Shown piece by piece: positions 60,917 to 64,000 of a stretch of 64,000 nucleotides of DNA (the first letter of the stretch is position 1; every line of letters starts with the position of its first letter). Made by a program: the position numbers and the translations under genes. Origin of the DNA: Opitutales bacterium (GTDB lineage: Bacteria; Verrucomicrobiota; Verrucomicrobiia; Opitutales; JABSRG01); the NCBI GenBank assembly GCA_049599475.1, contig JBMYOQ010000010.1, forward strand, positions 29,909-93,908. The letters run 5' to 3'. The notes beneath the pieces are model-generated. The model saw nothing but the letters and a program-made list of their open reading frames with translations, did not search any database and was not told the DNA's origin.

Positions 60917-62667
60917 AGGATTTTCATCTCGGCCTTTCATTCGGATACCACGATTCCGCGGCAGCGATTGCCTGCAACGGGGAGCTTATAGCCGCCTCGG
61001 AGGAGGAGCGCTTCAGCAGGGTGAAAAACGATCCGCGCTTCCCAAAACTGGCCATCGAATTTTGCCTAAAAGAGGCAGGCATTCAGGCTTCAGAGCTCGC
61101 CAGCGCAACCTACTACGAATGCTGGCAAGACAAGCTAGACCGCATTATTAAATCCGGTCTCATTAATTACCCCGAGGGTGAAACATTTCTCGAAAAATCG
61201 CTCAATATTTGGATTGAAGATGAAAAGTTTGATCCAATTAAGGAAATTGCGAAACAGCTAAAAATCCCAAAAAAGCACATTAAAGCTATTGGGCACCATG
61301 AGTCGCATGCGGCCGCGACTTATCTCCTTTCTCCCTTCGAGGAAGCCGCCATTGTTACACTGGATGGTGTTGGCGAGTATGACTGCATGACTATTTCCAA
61401 AGGTTCTGGAAATAAAATCATACGCCTTCAAACCCAGACACTTCCTCATTCACTAGGTCTCTTATATAGTGCGTTCACCGCCTATCTAGGTTTTAAGGTG
61501 AATGAAGATGAATACAAAGTAATGGGCATGGCTGGCTATGGAGACCCCTCATATGCAGAGAAGATCCGAAGCTTAATAAAGCTACATCCAGACGGGACGT
61601 TTTCAATCGACACACGGTACTTCAACTTCCTGACCCCAACAAAAGTAGCCTATCTAGATAAACTGGAGTCGCTGCTAGGCCCTGGTAGGGAGCGTTCGCA
61701 AGCTAATCAAAAACAAACTTTTAATCGCTCAAGCGAAGATCACCAAAAATACGCAAATATTGCTGCCTCTCTTCAACTCGTAACAGAAGAAACGATTTTG
61801 CATGTCGTTCGACACGCGCTCGAATCGATTGGCACAAATAATCTCTGCCTAGGAGGAGGCGTCGCGTTGAACTCTTTAGCAAATGGGCGCATACAACGAG
61901 AGTTAAAGAGTAAATTACATATTCACCCAGCAGCAGGAGACGCAGGGGGAGCAGTAGGAGCAGCGCTAAGCCAATCCTGCAAAAAGAAACGCCAAATGGG
62001 ACAAGCAAAGAGCCTTTCACCCTACCTCGGTGCAGGTTGTGATAAAAAAGAAATTTCCATCGCGCTCAAACAAACAAAGCACTGCAGTTATATCGAATAT
62101 ACGGACGAAACCTCACTTTTAGATCACGTAAGTACCGAAATATTGAACGGCAAGGTAGTTGGTTGGTTTCAAGGCAGATCCGAATGGGGCCCGCGAGCAT
62201 TAGGCAACAGAAGCATACTCGCAGACCCCACACATCCCAACATGCAGGAGATTATCAATCGAAAGATAAAGTTTCGAGAACCCTTCCGGCCGTTCGCCCC
62301 AATAGTCACCCCTGAAAAAGCTCCAGAGTTTTTCGAAATTGACGAAGAAACACCTCTTTGGGGGCCCGAATCATATATGCTTTCGATAAAGAAGGTTCGC
62401 GCTGAGTTTCGAGACCGGTTTCCAGCGATTACCCACATCGATGGAACTGCGCGCATTCAGATCGCTAGAAAGGAATGGAACCCGCGAATGTATTCACTTC
62501 TGAACCACATTGGGAGAAAGAACCAAGCCCCGATGCTTCTCAATACATCCTTCAACCTCAAAGGCGAACCCATCGTAAACCATCCAAAGGAAGCACTGTT
62601 AACATTTTCGTGGAGTGATATGGATATACTTGTTCTTGGGGACACGGTCATCGAGAAGAAAACATGA
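60913..62667 (+). CDS. O-carbamoyltransferase (NodU/CmcH)
   Basis: HDSAA, EERF, HHESHA, DGVGE, EYKVMGMA, GGVALN, GPRALGNRS, FRPFAP, LNTSFN. Confidence 0.95.
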   Translation: MKDFHLGLSFGYHDSAAAIACNGELIAASEEERFSRVKNDPRFPKLAIEFCLKEAGIQASELASATYYECWQDKLDRIIKSGLINYPEGETFLEKSLNIWIEDEKFDPIKEIAKQLKIPKKHIKAIGHHESHAAATYLLSPFEEAAIVTLDGVGEYDCMTISKGSGNKIIRLQTQTLPHSLGLLYSAFTAYLGFKVNEDEYKVMGMAGYGDPSYAEKIRSLIKLHPDGTFSIDTRYFNFLTPTKVAYLDKLESLLGPGRERSQANQKQTFNRSSEDHQKYANIAASLQLVTEETILHVVRHALESIGTNNLCLGGGVALNSLANGRIQRELKSKLHIHPAAGDAGGAVGAALSQSCKKKRQMGQAKSLSPYLGAGCDKKEISIALKQTKHCSYIEYTDETSLLDHVSTEILNGKVVGWFQGRSEWGPRALGNRSILADPTHPNMQEIINRKIKFREPFRPFAPIVTPEKAPEFFEIDEETPLWGPESYMLSIKKVRAEFRDRFPAITHIDGTARIQIARKEWNPRMYSLLNHIGRKNQAPMLLNTSFNLKGEPIVNHPKEALLTFSWSDMDILVLGDTVIEKKT

Positions 62668-64000
62668 GCAAGATCGGCATAATTGTAGGAGATCCCTCGG
62701 TGGACATCGAGCTCGTTCAGCGCACCATTCGTGGAGCTCAAACCTATTCCGAAACACAATTCGAGTATAGAGTAGCGACTACTGGCCACGAGCCTACCAA
62801 ATTCGATTTCGATATAATTGACATAGACTTTCATCAAGTCGACCTAAGTAACTATGCTTGGCAGGAATGCGAAGCGATCTTTTTCATCGGCTTCGACAAC
62901 AGGGATCTTTTGGAAGAAACCTCCAAAAACCTAAATGTTACTCTTCCATGCTTCGAAGCAAAACCATCTAAAGGATTTTTAGCACTAAACCAAACGGGAT
63001 CAGAGTGGCTTCGCGACGAATCGCAGCATTTCTTCTTCAAAGTTTCAGAGAACAACAGTAGTCTTTCAGGCCTATTCGAACGCTATCATTTCTTCCCTTA
63101 TGGATATCTATTCAGGGACGAGACTGTCGGCCCAATAAATGAAATGGGGTTTCGCATACCTAAAGATCTCTCTGAGTATGGGGTTAATCGTAGAGAAAAT
63201 CTCAAGTTGGTATGCCTGCTAGGAGGCTCTGCGGTTTTCAGCGTCAACTGTTTCGAGTTCGAAATGTTCTCTTCTCGTTTGGAGAAACGCCTAAATAGTT
63301 ACTGCCAACAACATTCACTGAGCACTCAGTTTAAGGTTCTTAACTTTGGAACACCCGGATGCCTCGTCTTAAACCAGACCCTTCATTATATTCTATTCGT
63401 ACAGAAAATGAACCCCGACATAGTCATTGCACATGATGGATTTAATGATTTTCTGAATGGAAGCACTACCGACACATTCCTGCTCCAGAACCATGCCATC
63501 GCCTATGCTAAAAGAGATCACCATTTAGCGGAAATCCTTGAAGGATCCGACCAATCAGAACCAAAATACGAAGGGTACGGTGAAATAAGAAACTATCCTG
63601 GAGATATAATTGAAGCATATCTAGAGCGGAAAGGCCAGTTAAAGCAATTAGTGATCAGTTCGTCATCACAATTCATATCAGGTTTTCAACCCCTGCTGAT
63701 TGAGAAATCTCAATTTACACCTTCGGAAAAAGATGCGCTAAACCAACAATTCCAAAGCCATCGCTTCAAAGATGTTCTCTCACGAATGGAATATCTGATA
63801 GAAACCTACCACCGTCTAAGAATAAAGAAGGACTGGCATGATGACATTAATTTTGAAGACCTTCTTCACAACAACGATGACATCACGCTGTTTTCTGATA
63901 TCGCACATACAACACCTAAGGGAGACGCCTTAATCGCGGAGAAATATGCTGTCGGTTTGCGGTTAAAATGCACCAGTAATTTGCGGGTGAAAGTGCACCA
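62664..64000 (+). CDS. SGNH/GDSL hydrolase-like protein, open to window end (probably interrupted at 63950)
   Basis: ATGA-coupled at 62664; NEMGFR, LLGGSAVF, LNFG, HDGFND, DIAHTT. Confidence 0.75.
   Translation, partial: MSKIGIIVGDPSVDIELVQRTIRGAQTYSETQFEYRVATTGHEPTKFDFDIIDIDFHQVDLSNYAWQECEAIFFIGFDNRDLLEETSKNLNVTLPCFEAKPSKGFLALNQTGSEWLRDESQHFFFKVSENNSSLSGLFERYHFFPYGYLFRDETVGPINEMGFRIPKDLSEYGVNRRENLKLVCLLGGSAVFSVNCFEFEMFSSRLEKRLNSYCQQHSLSTQFKVLNFGTPGCLVLNQTLHYILFVQKMNPDIVIAHDGFNDFLNGSTTDTFLLQNHAIAYAKRDHHLAEILEGSDQSEPKYEGYGEIRNYPGDIIEAYLERKGQLKQLVISSSSQFISGFQPLLIEKSQFTPSEKDALNQQFQSHRFKDVLSRMEYLIETYHRLRIKKDWHDDINFEDLLHNNDDITLFSDIAHTTPKGDALIAEKYAVGLRLKCTSNLRVKVH
63950..64000. mobile_element. Probable IS21-family terminal region
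   Basis: Starts TGTCGG; tandem repeats TTTGCGGTTAAAATGCACCA and TTTGCGGGTGAAAGTGCACCA. Confidence 0.6.

Noticed and set aside
1..64000. CRISPR arrays, tRNA/rRNA, integrase or defence systems
   Set aside because: No repeat-spacer array, cloverleaf or matching protein motifs seen by eye; PIN/TRAM is the ordinary YacL type.

Overview
Bacterial chromosomal window, probably Verrucomicrobiota/Opitutales-like (inferred from gene content and style, not a database result). 1-8.7 kb (minus strand): a type IV pilin gene and intrinsic terminator, then four GT-C-like polytopic membrane proteins (three are clear paralogs), a GtrB-like GT2 and a SAM methyltransferase; a candidate pilin-glycosylation cassette. 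8.9-34 kb: mostly housekeeping (PIN/TRAM, FGE-domain protein, tyrA-aroA-cmk-plsC-ptsH, NCS2 permease divergent from a TonB-dependent receptor, uvrC, cinA, a CusRS-like system with an EF-hand protein, an HddC-GmhB fusion, an ECF sigma module, DUF1800/DUF1501). 34.4-64 kb: a ~30 kb glycan-modification island with NeuB, two cytidylyltransferases, oxidoreductases, a TylF methyltransferase, three sulfotransferase-fold proteins, a carbamoyltransferase, an SGNH protein and a Maf-like protein. It contains several sigma-28-like promoters and a small Rossmann-like domain recurring in six proteins, suggesting heavy flagellar or surface-protein glycosylation. The last 51 bp look like an IS21-family end inserted in the SGNH gene. 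No rRNA, tRNA or CRISPR array was seen. All protein calls are by motif recognition only.
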